Origin: Podarcis erhardii
Taxonomy: Eukaryota
Assembly (NCBI GenBank): GCA_964252035.1
Contig: OZ176202.1
Reading direction: 5' to 3' (one strand)
DNA length: 64,000 nt
Position 1 is the first letter of the stretch, and each line of letters starts with the position of its first letter. The notes beneath the pieces are model-generated. The model ran no database searches. It saw only the letters and a list, made by a program, of their open reading frames with translations, and had not been told where the DNA came from. The position numbers and the translations under genes are program-made. Positions 25,536 to 37,237 of the stretch are shown piece after piece.

Positions 25536-28500
25536 ATGGCTGACCAGGCGGCTGCGCTGGTGGCATTGGCCCAGGAAAACCAGGCCTTGACCCACACCGT
25601 TCAGCAGCTAAGCGATGTGGTTGCGGCGCTTCAGCAGCGGTTGGAAGCCTTTCCAGATCCTGGGGCCGACGCCCTAGCTCCAGGCAAGTACCCAGTGGCC
25701 TTGCCAGAGAAATTTGATGGGACCCAGGCCAGTTTTCCCATGTTCCTCGCCCAGGCCAAGTTGTACATTCAGGGGCGAGCCCGGAACTTCCCTGACGACC
25801 GCACCAAGGTGCATTTTTTAATCAGTTTGTTAAAGGACCAGGCGGCCAAGTGGGCTTTGCCACTGCTCCGGCAAGACTCTCCTTTGCTAACGGACTATGT
25901 GGGGTTTTGTAACCACTTAGAGACTGCGTTTGGTAACCCACTGAAGGAGAGCCAAGCCAATCGGGCGATTCGTCGGTTGAGACAGGACAAGTCCACAGCC
26001 GCCGCCTACGCCACAGAATTTCGGCTGTTGGCACAAGACTTGTCTTGGAATGACTCTGCACTACGGGACCAGTATCTTGAGGGACTGTCGGACGAGATAC
26101 TGGACCAGTTGGCCATGATGGATCGTCCCACCACACTGGATACCCTCATTCAGCGGAGCCTGCAGATAGACGATCGGTTGGAGGACCGTCGCCAGACCCG
26201 AGACCGCCAGCACTCCCGACTCCTGGCGCCAGTCCTTCCCAGCAGGTCCACGCCCACAGCCGAGTTGCCAGTCGAGCCAACGCCGCTCGGGGCTGCGCGA
26301 CCTCGGCTCTCCCCCTCGGAGAAGTCGCGGCGTCGGGAGGGGAACCTGTGCCTTTACTGCGGTGGGGGTGGACATTACGCCCGTTCCTGTCCCGAGAAGC
26401 TACCAGTCGCAGGGAAACCGCCAACCTCGGTAGCCGAAGGCCCTAGCAACGTGGGGTCCCAAACCATGCAAGAAGGGCCCTCACCAGTAGAATTGCGACA
26501 TCTCATGGTACCGGTGCGTCTCTACCCTCCAGGTGGGCCCTGGATTCTTACCCACGCTTTGGTAGATTCGGGGGCAACCCGCTCCTATATGGACGCTGCC
26601 TTTGCCGCGCATCATCAGGTGCCACTTCAGAACAAGCCAGAACCGGTACAGGTGGAGGCAATTGACGGACGGCTCCTGCGTTCGGGTGCCGTCACTCGGG
26701 AGACCCAGCCCTTGGTCCTGTGTCTCCAGCAGCACCGGGAGGTGCGAACCTTGGACATTGCCTCCATGCCCCGGTTCCCCCTGGTGCTCGGAATGGACTG
26801 GCTAGAGGCTCACAACGTTCAGATTGACTGGGTCAAACGGACCGTACACTTCCCAGATCCATGTTCCCATGCTCAGTCGCAGATGCTAGCGGCCGCACCC
26901 ACGGAGGAGGCAGCACCCACGCTCCCAGCCGTGTACCGGGACTACCAAGACGTGTTCGAGGAACGGGGGGCAGACCAGCTGCCGCCGCATCGGTCTTTTG
27001 ACTGCGGCATAGACCTCCAGCCCGGAGCGCCCCTACCGGTGAGTCGCTTATACTCTCTAACAGAGCCAGAGCGCGAGGCTTTGCAGGACTTCTTGCGCAA
27101 GAACCTGGAGCGTGGGTTCATTAGGCCTTCCACCTCGCCTACTGCGGCACCAGTGCTCTTTGTTAAGAAGAAATGTGGGGAACTCCGTCCTTGCCATGAT
27201 TACCGAGCCCTAAACAAAATCACCATCCCAGACCGGTACCCCTTGCCCCTTATTTCGGAGTTGCTGGAGCGGGTGCAAGGGGCACAGGTGTTCACCAAGC
27301 TGGACCTCCGGGGGGCCTACAACTTGATTCGGATCCGAGCCGGGGATGAGTGGAAGACAGCGTTTGGGACCCGGTACGGGCAGTTCGAATACTTGGTTAT
27401 GCCTTTTGGTTTATGCAACGCGCCTGCTGTGTTCCAACGCTACATCAACCACGTGTTCCAGGATTTGTTAGACAAGTACGTGGTGGTGTACTTGGATGAC
27501 ATACTGGTTTACTCCCGTGACCCGGCTCGCCATGAGGGACATGTCCGGACCGTGCTGCAGCGCTTGCGTGAGCACCGTTTGTACGCAAAGCTCAGCAAGT
27601 GCGAGTTCCATCAGCGGACTGTGGACTTCCTTGGTCACCGGCTCTCTCCAGATGGGGTGCAGATGGACCCTGGGAAGGTGGCAGCGGTTTGAGAATGGGC
27701 GGCACCCCGGAACCGCAAGGACCTACAGCGTTTCCTGGGGTTCGCCAACTACTACCGGACCTTCATCGCAGATTATGCTCAGCGCACCACCCCGTTGACC
27801 CGGCTACTGCGCCCAAAGACGCCGTTTTCCTGGGACGAGGAGGCAGAGGAGGCGTTCCAGGGGTTGAAGGCCTGTTTCCAGAGGGCGCCGATCTTACAAC
27901 ATCCTGACCCCTCTCGACCCTTTGTGGTGGAGACCGACGCCTCCAGTACGGCTCTCGGTGCCGTCTTGTCTCAACAGAATGGACCTGAAGCGCCACTCTT
28001 GCCCTGTGCCTTCTATTCCCGCCAGCTCCTACCAGCGGAGCGTAACTATACTGTGTGGGAGCGGGAACTACTGGCCATCAAGGTGGCCTTTGAGGTCTGG
28101 CGCCACCATCTTGAGGGGGCACGACATCCGGTGGAGGTGAGAACCGACCACCGGAATCTGGAGTACCTCCAGACCACCCGCAAGCTGAACCAAAGACAGA
28201 TCCGGTGGGCGTTGTTCTTTTCCCGGTTCCAGTTCCGGATCCGCTATATCCCTAGCTCTCAGAACCAGAAGGCAGATGCCCTGTCCCGGAAACCTGAAGA
28301 CAACGCAGACACGGTACAGCAAGCAGAACCCACCACGATCCTACCTCCAGCTGCGTTCCTGGCCACCCAGGAGGCGGAACCACTGCAGGCTCGGGTGCGG
28401 GAACAGCAGCGGGTCGACGCTTGGGCCCAGGAACGACTCCGGGAGCTGGCTGAAGGGTCCAGCCCACAGTATCCGGGGCTGGTCCTGCATCAGGGCCTTC

Positions 28501-30209
28501 TGCTGCACCACGGCCGTCTGTACATCCCGCCAGGGCCACTGCGGCTGGAGGTTCTCCGGATGGCCCATGATGCCCCAGCAGCGGGGCACTTTGGACGGTA
28601 TCGGACCACCCATCTGGTCAGTCGTGAGTTTTGGTGGCCCCGCCTGAAGGCCGACGTGGCTCGCTACGTTGCTGGTTGTGATGTCTGCCGGCGCGCCAAG
28701 GGTCCTACCGGGCGACCCCCCGGCCTACTTCAGCCATTGCCAGTTCCACCGCGCCCTTGGCACACGGTTTCATTGGACTTTGTAGTGGACTTACCCCCGT
28801 CTCGTGGCTGTACCTGCCTTCTAGTGTTCTCCGACCATTTCACCAAGATGGTGCACTGCACCCCCTGCCCATCTGTACCCACAGCCAAGGAAACCGCTCA
28901 GCTGTACCTTCAGCATGTCTTCCGCCTGCATGGCCTACCAGAGCGCGTGGTGTCCGACCGGGGCGTTCAGTTCACATCCCGGTTCTGGCGAGCATTACAC
29001 CAGACCCTCGGGACAGAGGTCTGCCTCTCGTCAGCCTACCACCCACAGACCGATGGCCAGACGGAACGGGCGAACGCGGTGCTGGAGCAGTACCTCCGGT
29101 GTTACTGCAGCTACCAGCAGGATGACTGGGTCGACCACCTGGCATTGGCGGAGTTCGCCTACAACAACGCGGTGAATGCATCCACCCAGCAGACCCCGTT
29201 CCAGGCCAGTTACGGTTATCATCCACGGCTGTTTCCAGATGTGCTGCCGGCATCCGCAGTCCCGGCGGTGACGGAGTGGCTTCAAGAGCTCCAGTCCCAG
29301 CAACAGCTTTTGGTGGAGCAACTGCACCAGGCCAAGGAAGCGTACAAAGCCCAGGCCGACCGCCACCGCCAGGTGGGGCCGGAACTTCGCGTCGGTGACC
29401 TGGTTTGGCTCTCCACTCGCCACCTCCACCCCTCTCGACCTTCGCGGAAGTTGGACGCCCGCTTCAACGGCCCGTTCCCTATCGTGGACCAAGTCTCTCC
29501 TGTAGCATTCCGTCTCCGGTTACCCGCAACCCTGAAGGTTCACCCGGTCTTCCACAGGTCCCTGCTGAGTCCGGTGGCCCCACCCGACGAGTTCCACCCG
29601 AACCGTCCCCGTCCGCAGCCAGTGTTGGTTCAGGGAGAGCCTGAGTATGAGGTGGAACGCATCCTGGACTCCCGATACCGCAGGGGAAAGCTGCAGTATC
29701 TCATTGACTGGAAGGGGTATGGACCGGAGGACCGTTCCTGGGAACCAGCGGCCAACGTCCACGCACCTGCCTGCCTCCGAGAGTTCCATGCGACGTACCC
29801 CGGCAAGCCGGGTCCGGACCCTCGGTTGAGGGGGGGGCCTGGGAGGGGGGATGGTGTGATGGCCTGGGATTCCGATTCAGAGGATGAACCAGAGGAATCC
29901 CAGCCTGCACAGGAGTCCCCGCCTCCAGGGCCGGCTGAACTGGGGCAAGGCCTAGATGCTGAAGAGCCTGCACCTGTGACAGAGCATCAGGAGCTGGCCC
30001 CAGGTGAAGCCCTTCTGGCCCCAGAGGGGCTTGACGACTCAGTGGCCACAGGTGAGCCTCCTCCAGGGCCCAGTAACCCTTCGGCCTCTCCTGATCTGCA
30101 GAGGCTTAGGGCAGAGAGGCGAAGGGAACTGGTTGCCCCCAGGAGGAGTGCTCGCCTTAAGGCCAGAGGAGGCGGGGCTCCTGGGGGTCGGGACCGCCCC
30201 CGGCCTTAG
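25536..30209 (+). pseudogene. Single-frame gag-pol polyprotein (1557 codons) broken by one in-frame TGA at 27690-27692 (codon 719)
   Basis: GCCATGG start; PEG10/RTL-like capsid (PEKFDG...DDRTKVHFLISLL), CCHC knuckle CLYCGGGGHYARSC, protease LVDSGAT, RT YLDDILVY, RNase H VETDAS/DHRNL, IN HHCC and DDE, chromodomain EYEVERIL...IDWKGY...SWEP. Track ORFs 25506-27692 and 27795-30209 share one frame, and EWAAPRNRKDLQRFLGFANYYR follows the stop directly. Confidence 0.93.
29841..29851 (+). promoter_or_regulatory. Polypurine tract GGGAGGGGGGA
   Basis: Purine run ending 3 nt before the 3' LTR; also inside the pol reading frame. Confidence 0.85.
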
Positions 30210-30453
30210 AAGAGGATAAAAGCCCAGTCAGCCTGGCCCCAGGTTGCGGGAGCAACGTCGTTGTTGGCTTTGGACCTTCCTGTGTTCCTGATCCCTGCTT
30301 GGCCTCCTGTTCCTGACTATCCGGTGTTCCAGTTCCCAGCTCGGCCTCCTGTTCCAGCGTACCTGTTCCCCGCCCGGCTCCCCGTCTTGGACCTCGCCCC
30401 TCTTCGTGTGGACTCTGCTTACACCCACGGTACCTTCCCCCGGGACCAGCACA
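29855..30453 (+). repeat. 3' LTR (599 bp)
   Basis: Direct repeat of 24874-25472, followed by TSD GCCTC. Confidence 0.96.
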
Positions 30454-30458
30454 GCCTC

Positions 30459-30768
30459 GCAAGACGAAAAACCCGCTAGACGAAAGGGTTTTCCGTTTTG
30501 GAGGCGCTTCGCAAAACGAATTTCCCTATGGGCTTGCTTCGCAAGACGAAATGTCTTGTGAGTTTTTCCGACTTTTTTCCCCTCCCCCCCCCTTTTTCTA
30601 AGCCGCTAAGCTGCTTATCCGCTAAGCTGATAAGCCGCTAAAAGCCGCTAAAAGCCGCTAATAACGCTAATCTGCTAAGCCGTCAATGGGCTTGCTTCGC
30701 AAGACGAAAAAACCGCTGGACGAAGAGAATCGCGGAACGGATTCTTTTCGTCTTGCGAGGCACCACTG
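30459..30768. mobile_element. Remainder of the split MITE (about 338 bp when rejoined), with internal GCCGCTAA repeats
   Basis: Continues ...GCCTC|GCAAGACGAA; ends ...GCACCACTG followed by TA. Confidence 0.88.
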
Positions 30769-30889
30769 TAGTAAAATGAATAAATATACCATTATGTGGT
30801 GCAAATGAAAATAAGCCTCGTACTCTTCCCCACAGACTACTTAAGGCTGCTTGAAATCTCACAGCTCAAATGTTATTTGTATTTTCAAG

Positions 30890-31099
30890 GTTTGGTCGGT
30901 CAATTCTGCAGGCCGGACTGCTAGCAGCTGGACCCAATGTAAGACAGGCCCAGCCCCTCCTCAAGGACTTCATGCACCTCTGTTTGATACAGTGGCATCT
31001 ACTTCAGCTGTGGTGAAAATCAGTCCTCCTCTTAAGCCAAATGGAATAGTCAGTCTCTACAGGCTGTTCTCAAACAACACAAAGGGAAAGGATATGGTG
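30890..31099 (+). CDS. USH2A: Usherin exon (human exon 65 equivalent)
   Basis: ttcaag|GTTTGG...GTG|gtgagt; 210 nt; VWSVNSAGRT...KGKDMV. Confidence 0.95.
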
Positions 31100-31290
31100 G
31101 TGAGTTTTCATCAGACAAATTCTTCTTTTGAGCTGATAAGAATATTTGCTGTTTGATTGTTAGGAATCTCCACTGATGTTAAAAAAAAAAAAAGCAGCAG
31201 CACTATGTTTGATTTCATTCCTTTACTCTGCAAATAGGAAAAGGACCACATTTCCAGTGTGGTTTGCTGTGCAATGTTCTGTCCTTTTTT

Positions 31291-31599
31291 CAGGGCCAGA
31301 TTTAGGCTTGATGAGGCCCTAAGCTACTGAAGGTAATAGGGCCCTTTATATGTCTAGCTGTCCTTTGTCAACAACAAATTGTCGCTGTTTTTTGTGTTGA
31401 ATATATGCTATATGGTAATTTATGGACCTACACAACACAAAACACTGTTGCTGTATGTAGGTTTTATTTTATTTGTTTTTCATCTTATATTTTGGAAATG
31501 TACACCCAGTTTTTTTCCCTTTTAATTTTTGGGGGGGGGCCTCAAGAAAGTGGGGCCCTAAACTATAGCTTGTTTAGCTTATACGTTAATCCGGCACTG
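31291..31599. mobile_element. hAT-type MITE ending 15 nt upstream of USH2A exon 66
   Basis: TIRs CAGGGCCAGATTTA and (reverse complement) CAGTGCCGGATTAA, 11 of 14; 8-bp TSD CCTTTTTT / CCTTTTTC. Confidence 0.8.
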
Positions 31600-31614
31600 C
31601 CTTTTTCTTATCAG

Positions 31615-31853
31615 CTGTCAGAAGGAACAGCGACTCAACAAACCATCCACGGCCTGAGGCCTTTTACCACTTATTCTGTTGGGGTCGAAGCCTGTACCTG
31701 TTTCAGCTGCTGCAGCAAAGGACCCGTGGCACATGTCACCACACAGCCAGCTCCACCCTCACAGCAGCCTCCTCCCTTCATTCACAGCATGACCTCAAGG
31801 AATGCTTCTTTGCAGTGGGATGCACCTCGGGAACCCAATGGCATTGTAAGAAG
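31615..31853 (+). CDS. USH2A: Usherin exon (human exon 66 equivalent)
   Basis: tatcag|CTGTCA...AAG|gtaact; 239 nt; LSEGTATQQTIHGLRPFTTY...EPNGIVR. Confidence 0.95.
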
Positions 31854-33398
31854 GTAACTGCTAGGATATACTTGGTATTGGAACTAACATCTGTGCTGGC
31901 TGGGCTGACTCTTCAGTTGATTTTCAAATGTCTGTCTTCCATTTTCTAGTCAACTTTAACAGCATTCACACCTGACACCAATAATAGGAAAGAGGCTAAA
32001 GGGTTTTTATTTTTTGTAAGTGACGTGAAGGAAATGACTCGGGATTTCAAAGACTGCCTAAGGAACACAATGCCCATTAATGTTAAAGAGCCTTATAAAA
32101 TGGAATCTCCTTGTAGGAGATGTTGGAACTCAGTTTTACTCAGAGTAAACCCATTTGGATTAATGAACATGACTAAGTTTGGTCCATTAATTTCAGAGGG
32201 TGTACTCTGAGTGACACTTAGTTGAGTGTACGCATTGCCCTCAAAACAAACTGGAATCCTAGCAATCAGTGTTTGGTGGGAAGAAGAACAGACTGAATCT
32301 GGTTGCTCCATCCAAACAGCTGGTTGGTGAGATTCCAAATGTTTATCTGCAGCCATGGTTGCTAGACTTGGCTGGAGACTATGTGCCACACCCTTTCACC
32401 AACATGGGGAAGGCGTTATTGGTTTGATTTCTTCTTGTTTTTCTTATGTATTTTGTGTTTTTTATCTTGTATTTCTGTGTTGTGAACTTCCCTGAGAGCT
32501 ATGGATGAAGGGCAATATACAATTTTAACAACAACAAGGGATATACAGGCAATGACCTACCATTCACATATAGCCAAATTAGAGGCTTATAGCTTAGTAA
32601 ACCCTCACCATCACGGTGATTACAGCATATGAACTAGCAAATACAAAAATAAAATAAAATAAAATAAAATCAGTGTCTTGTTGATGCCACCAAACTTAAT
32701 TTTCCTTAGACAAATCAAGAATGAATATCAGTGCCTAAGAAAACTAGGCAAATTAATTATCTGTTCCTTTGGAACTGACAGTCTTGGAAAAATCCCAGGC
32801 ATATAGATACTAGCTGTCTACAAATCAACATAGACCTTTTCTTCTTCTTGCCCTTGCCCTCCCCCTCCCCCGCTGCACTGTTTACCATCTAGCCTCCCCC
32901 CTACCATCTAGTTTGGAAAACTCAAAACCCAACACACTATTTTGTGACATGGATTTTAGAAATTTGTTGTTGGTGTGCCAGAATTTGTAACATTTTCCCA
33001 GACTTATAATGTATTAGGGTCTAAGCATTTGTAAATAGGATGCTGGCACTAAGGATCTGGAGAGACCCCTAGACATGCAGGTCTAGTTACCTTAAAAAGT
33101 TATCACTTCAATATTTTCAATACTGGCATACAGTTGAGTTTTCAATAATCATTGTAAGATGCTCTGGGATGCCCTGGCCAAGATAAAATGACTAGAAAAT
33201 TCAAAACATCATCATCAATTAATGTAGAATATTGTTAAAATATTGAATGTGATGTGCAGAGTTCTGCAGCAATTGCAACTTAATTAAGTTGAGAGCAGGT
33301 CCTTGTGTTTGACCAGCATCAAGACACATAAGCAGGAAAGGTAAGCTTGTGTTTACCTGCTAATTGTGGCTTATCAGTGCTTCCGTCTTTTCCTCCAG

Positions 33399-33616
33399 GT
33401 ATGAACTCCACATGCACACATCCTGCCCTTCCTATTTGCAGCCAAGAGAAGCAGCTTGCAAACTTGGCCCTATTGAAGTGAAATACGCGGGAGATGGCCA
33501 ACGCTCCAATGTGAGTGATCTACAGCCTTATACAACCTACAACCTGAGGGTGGTGTCTTACAATTCAGTAGGAAGCACTGCTTCAGAATGGATCAGCTTC
33601 ACTACCAAAAAAGAAG
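33399..33616 (+). CDS. USH2A: Usherin exon (human exon 67 equivalent)
   Basis: ctccag|GTATGA...AAG|gtgagt; 218 nt (9 more than the recalled human 209), in frame; LQPYTTYNLRVV...SEWISFTTKKE. Confidence 0.95.
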
Positions 33617-36232
33617 GTGAGTTAATACAGGAGAGTATAAGAAATGTGTTCTGCCACTTTATATGCTTAGAGCATGAATGGGAACGTGTGACCCTCCTGA
33701 TATTGTTGAACCACAACTCGCATTATCCTTGGCCATTGATCACTGCGGCAGGCACTGGCATGTTTAGTTTTACTGTATCTTGATCATTATGGTTTTTAAT
33801 CATCTCTATGGTTGCGGCAAACCATTTGGGGTTCATGCCATGGTGTGTAAGCATTCTCCTGTCTTAGCATCTTTACAATGGTGGAGACGGCAAAAGAGTG
33901 TGGTACATGGGGGAAGGGGACAGTGAGGAGCAATCCATCTATTTCATTTCAAAGAGCAAGTGATAAGAGCTGGTAGGAGCAATTTACCAAAGCAATGTCC
34001 CTCCACCAACTTCACACTAGAGGCTTACATTAATCAACCATTGGTAAGCAAAATAATGGCAGTCCAAATAATGCTATTATAGCTATATTGGTTGGCTTGC
34101 CTTTGAATACCTTTATTTGGTGAAGACTGCCTTTTTCTTTTCTTTTTTGGCTGGACATTTATTTCAACACATTCCTATTAACTCAGTGTTAAAGTTACTG
34201 AAAATTAGTGATCTGAAAAGCAGACTTCTCTGCAGCTTTACAACAATGGGTTTGCAATGAAAGGTTGGCCTCCTAGGAGCCATCATTACAGGTCACACTG
34301 ATTATATAGTCTAGTTAGTTAATTGCTGTATTAATTTATTCAGCTTGTTAACTCCATCAGCTCCTCGGGTCTCTTGTATGTGCACCCTGGGTTCTTTGTT
34401 TCTCTTTCCTCGGTAGGTTCTGAAACACATAATTTAAAAGAAGGAGTCACTGACTTGTAGGCTTTCTTCTTTTCTTTAGCGCAGAGCCAGAATCATGACA
34501 AATGAACATGCCCACCTTCATCTAACACAGTATTTCAAGAAGAGTGTTTGATTATATACTTATGCATGATGCTATTGATTAATTATCTGGAGCAGTGAAA
34601 TAGATGGCTATTTGCAATACTCTCTAACTATTTTTGAAAGTAATTTTTTGAGAGGAAAAATCAAAAGAATAAAAATGAATGGATGCCAAAAGACATAATT
34701 TATTCTTGAATGAATATAGTTTGGAGGGGGGAGTTAACTCCATTGACAGTTTTAGATTACATTACCTTAAATATTAATTCAATATGAAAAATGGCTTCCT
34801 TGTGTATTTAATAATATTAAAGATCATTAACAGCTCTAGACGTATTCAATGTTCCTGGCACATTTATGTGAATGCTCACAATTCCAGCAATTGCAATTTG
34901 CAAATTTTCAAGTTGTGATGAGTTAGTACTGTCCAAGTGGACGGTTCTGATCCTTTCACACATTCTGCATAACATTATTTTATTTGTTTGTTTGTTGTTT
35001 GTTTATTAAGACATTTATATACTGCCCTTTACCAAAAGGCCACATGGCAGTTTGCTAACATAATTATTGCACAGCACAAAAACTGAAAAGCAATTATTTC
35101 TGTACAACTAATTAAAAAAGCAGCAGCAGCAAACCACTCATAAATTACTTCAGGCACCATTCCCTTCATCCTGCCTGCTGAGGCAGGTATGTCTTCACCT
35201 GTTTCCTAAAGGAAAACAATGATGTGACTAGATGCATCTCAGTGGGGAGAGTGTTTCCCAGACCACCCAAAGATTTGGATTGTCCAAACAGCAGTGCATT
35301 TTTTGCAAACGCTATTTAAGAGTATGTGTTCTCTCTGAAATATTTTATGTGTGAAATAGTTCATGATCAATCTTGCTTTATACCTAGAACTTAAGTTTAA
35401 GTTTTATGGAAGTTTATTATGTTATTGTGTCTGTATTAGGTGCTATGCCTCTTCTCTTTTTGCTCACCTACCCCCTCACCAAAGCCAACATTACCCTTAC
35501 TCCCCAAGTTCAATCCTCTCCCTGCAGAGCTTGCAAAAACCACCCCTCCCTTCTTCCCTCCCTTCTTCTCTTACTTAGACTTTGTCAAACCTCTACAACT
35601 TGCCTGGGTTGCTCGCTTGCTTGCTTGCTTTCTCACCTAGGCAAGCCACCCCCTTCCCCTTCTCTCTCCTTGCCAAAGTCACCTCCCCTTTCCCCCACAA
35701 TCCAGTGCTCCTGCCGCCACGCTGAGCTCCCCACACTTGTCATTTCCCTTTTGGTAAGCAGCAGTGACTCACAGTTTTGGGAAGCCCCACCCATGTCACC
35801 TTACCAGCAAATTGCTGCATAGCTCACAAAAAAAATCTGTTAAAAAATCCCTGCTTTTATACTTGTTTGATGGGTCATGTTGACTTCCCACCTGGGTCAC
35901 CTACTGGCCTGACCACCCTTCTCCATCTCCCTCCTCCTCAGCCTCCAACACTGCTAAGGTGGTCCATCAGCTCTGAGAACCCAGCTTGCCTTCACGCTGT
36001 ATTTTGCAGTGCTACCTGTCAGCAGCCACACAAAATGCAGTTTGATGACATCCTTACAATTTTATTGTATGTATAGATACGGGGGAAGGCCCATTCTGGC
36101 TGAAATGCATGTGACACCAACAAGTGCAGTACTCTTCAGCAACATTCTTCCTTCATAACTGTACAGAAAATATGTGTGTCCCCATGTACTTATGGGAGCA
36201 GCCACCCCCTCCCCCCCCCAGTGTTCCTGATA

Positions 36233-36474
36233 CAGTCAAACCTCGGTTCTTGAACCACTCCGGTTTTTTTACATTTCAGCTCCTGAACGCCAAAAACCTG
36301 GAAGTAAATACTCCGGTTTTTGAACGTTTTTCAGAACCCGAACATCTGACATGGCTTCTGCTTGAATGCAAGAAGCTCTTGCAACCAATTGGAAGCTGTG
36401 CCTCAGTTGTCGAATATTTCAGAAGTCGAACGGTCTTCTGAAACAGATTACGTTCGACAACCAAGGTTTGACTG
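36233..36474. mobile_element. Tc1/mariner-type MITE
   Basis: TA|CAGTCAAACCTCGGTT...AACCAAGGTTTGACTG|TA. Confidence 0.82.
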
Positions 36475-37060
36475 TAGCCTTACAGAGGCCTGGGTACATG
36501 GGAATAGTCATCCTTTTCTCTCTACAATAGGTAACATCACTGGATCTGGGAGAAAGCCAAGGTCAAACAGGCAAGAAGTAGGCAAGGATGTGAGAGTCAG
36601 GGTTGAGCAAAGTAAAGGAAACAAGTGTTGAAAAGCAGATTCAAGGAAGTTCAGGACCTGCTCTTTGGCAGGTTCAAACCAGGAAGCTCTAGCTGGAGCT
36701 GTCAGTCATCTTCCTATCAGCCTCCTTATGGAAGCTCCTGGGAAGGTGGATCCAAAGACAACAGAGCAGCTTGTGACTTCAGGTGAGCTTGTTGAATTGC
36801 ATTAAAATGATTATTCCTGGCACTAACAAGTGGTCCTCTAAGGATTATTATTGAATAAATGTATGTGAAAAGTCCTGAACATTACTACACATTAGTATCC
36901 TCCAACTGCAGCAGCCCACGTGCTCATATCGTGTCTTCCTGCTCCATAGCAGAGTGTGAAAATGGCTCTAGATCTTATACAGATGTGTTTAATCTCTAAA
37001 AACTAAAGAGGCATTTATAAAAAAAAGGACACTCTTTTTCTGTCTGTTTTCTTCTGCCAG

Positions 37061-37237
37061 TACCTCAGTACGAATCTCCATTTACAGTTGTCAGCAATTT
37101 ATCCACTCTCTACCTTGACTGGAGTCACACCTTCTCACTGAATGGGCCGCTGAAGGAATATGTGCTAATGGAGGGAGGGCAACGCATCTACAGCGGCTTT
37201 GACACCACTCTGTATCTGCCAAGGACATCCGACAAAA
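37061..37237 (+). CDS. USH2A: Usherin exon (human exon 68 equivalent)
   Basis: tgccag|TACCTC...AAAA|gtcagt; 177 nt; VPQYESPF...TTLYLPRTSDK; absent from the ORF track. Confidence 0.93.

Larger units (their letters stand above)
24874..30453 (+). mobile_element. Full-length Ty3/Gypsy LTR retrotransposon, chromovirus of the Tf1/sushi type
   Basis: TG...CA LTRs repeated at a 4981-nt offset; 5-bp TSD GCCTC at 24869-24873 and 30454-30458; domain order gag-PR-RT-RH-IN-chromodomain; PPT before the 3' LTR. Confidence 0.97.

Noticed and set aside
27690-27692. TGA as a programmed read-through site
   Set aside because: It sits inside conserved pol (RT to RNase H connection) rather than at a gag-pol boundary; the context TGA GAA is not a known read-through motif; CGA>TGA is the simpler explanation.
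29828-29854. Possible G-quadruplex at the PPT
   Set aside because: G-runs are explained by PPT function and Gly codons, and the fourth run has only two G.
25176-29973. Many antisense and alternate-frame ORFs (60-153 aa) over the retrotransposon
   Set aside because: Expected shadows of GC-rich coding sequence; no recognisable domains.
30598-30682. Short GCCGCTAA repeats resembling a repeat-spacer array
   Set aside because: Internal tandem repeats of a MITE in a vertebrate intron; no unique spacers, not CRISPR.
36530-36800. Possible old reversed LTR fragment
   Set aside because: No TG...CA termini or TSD could be defined.
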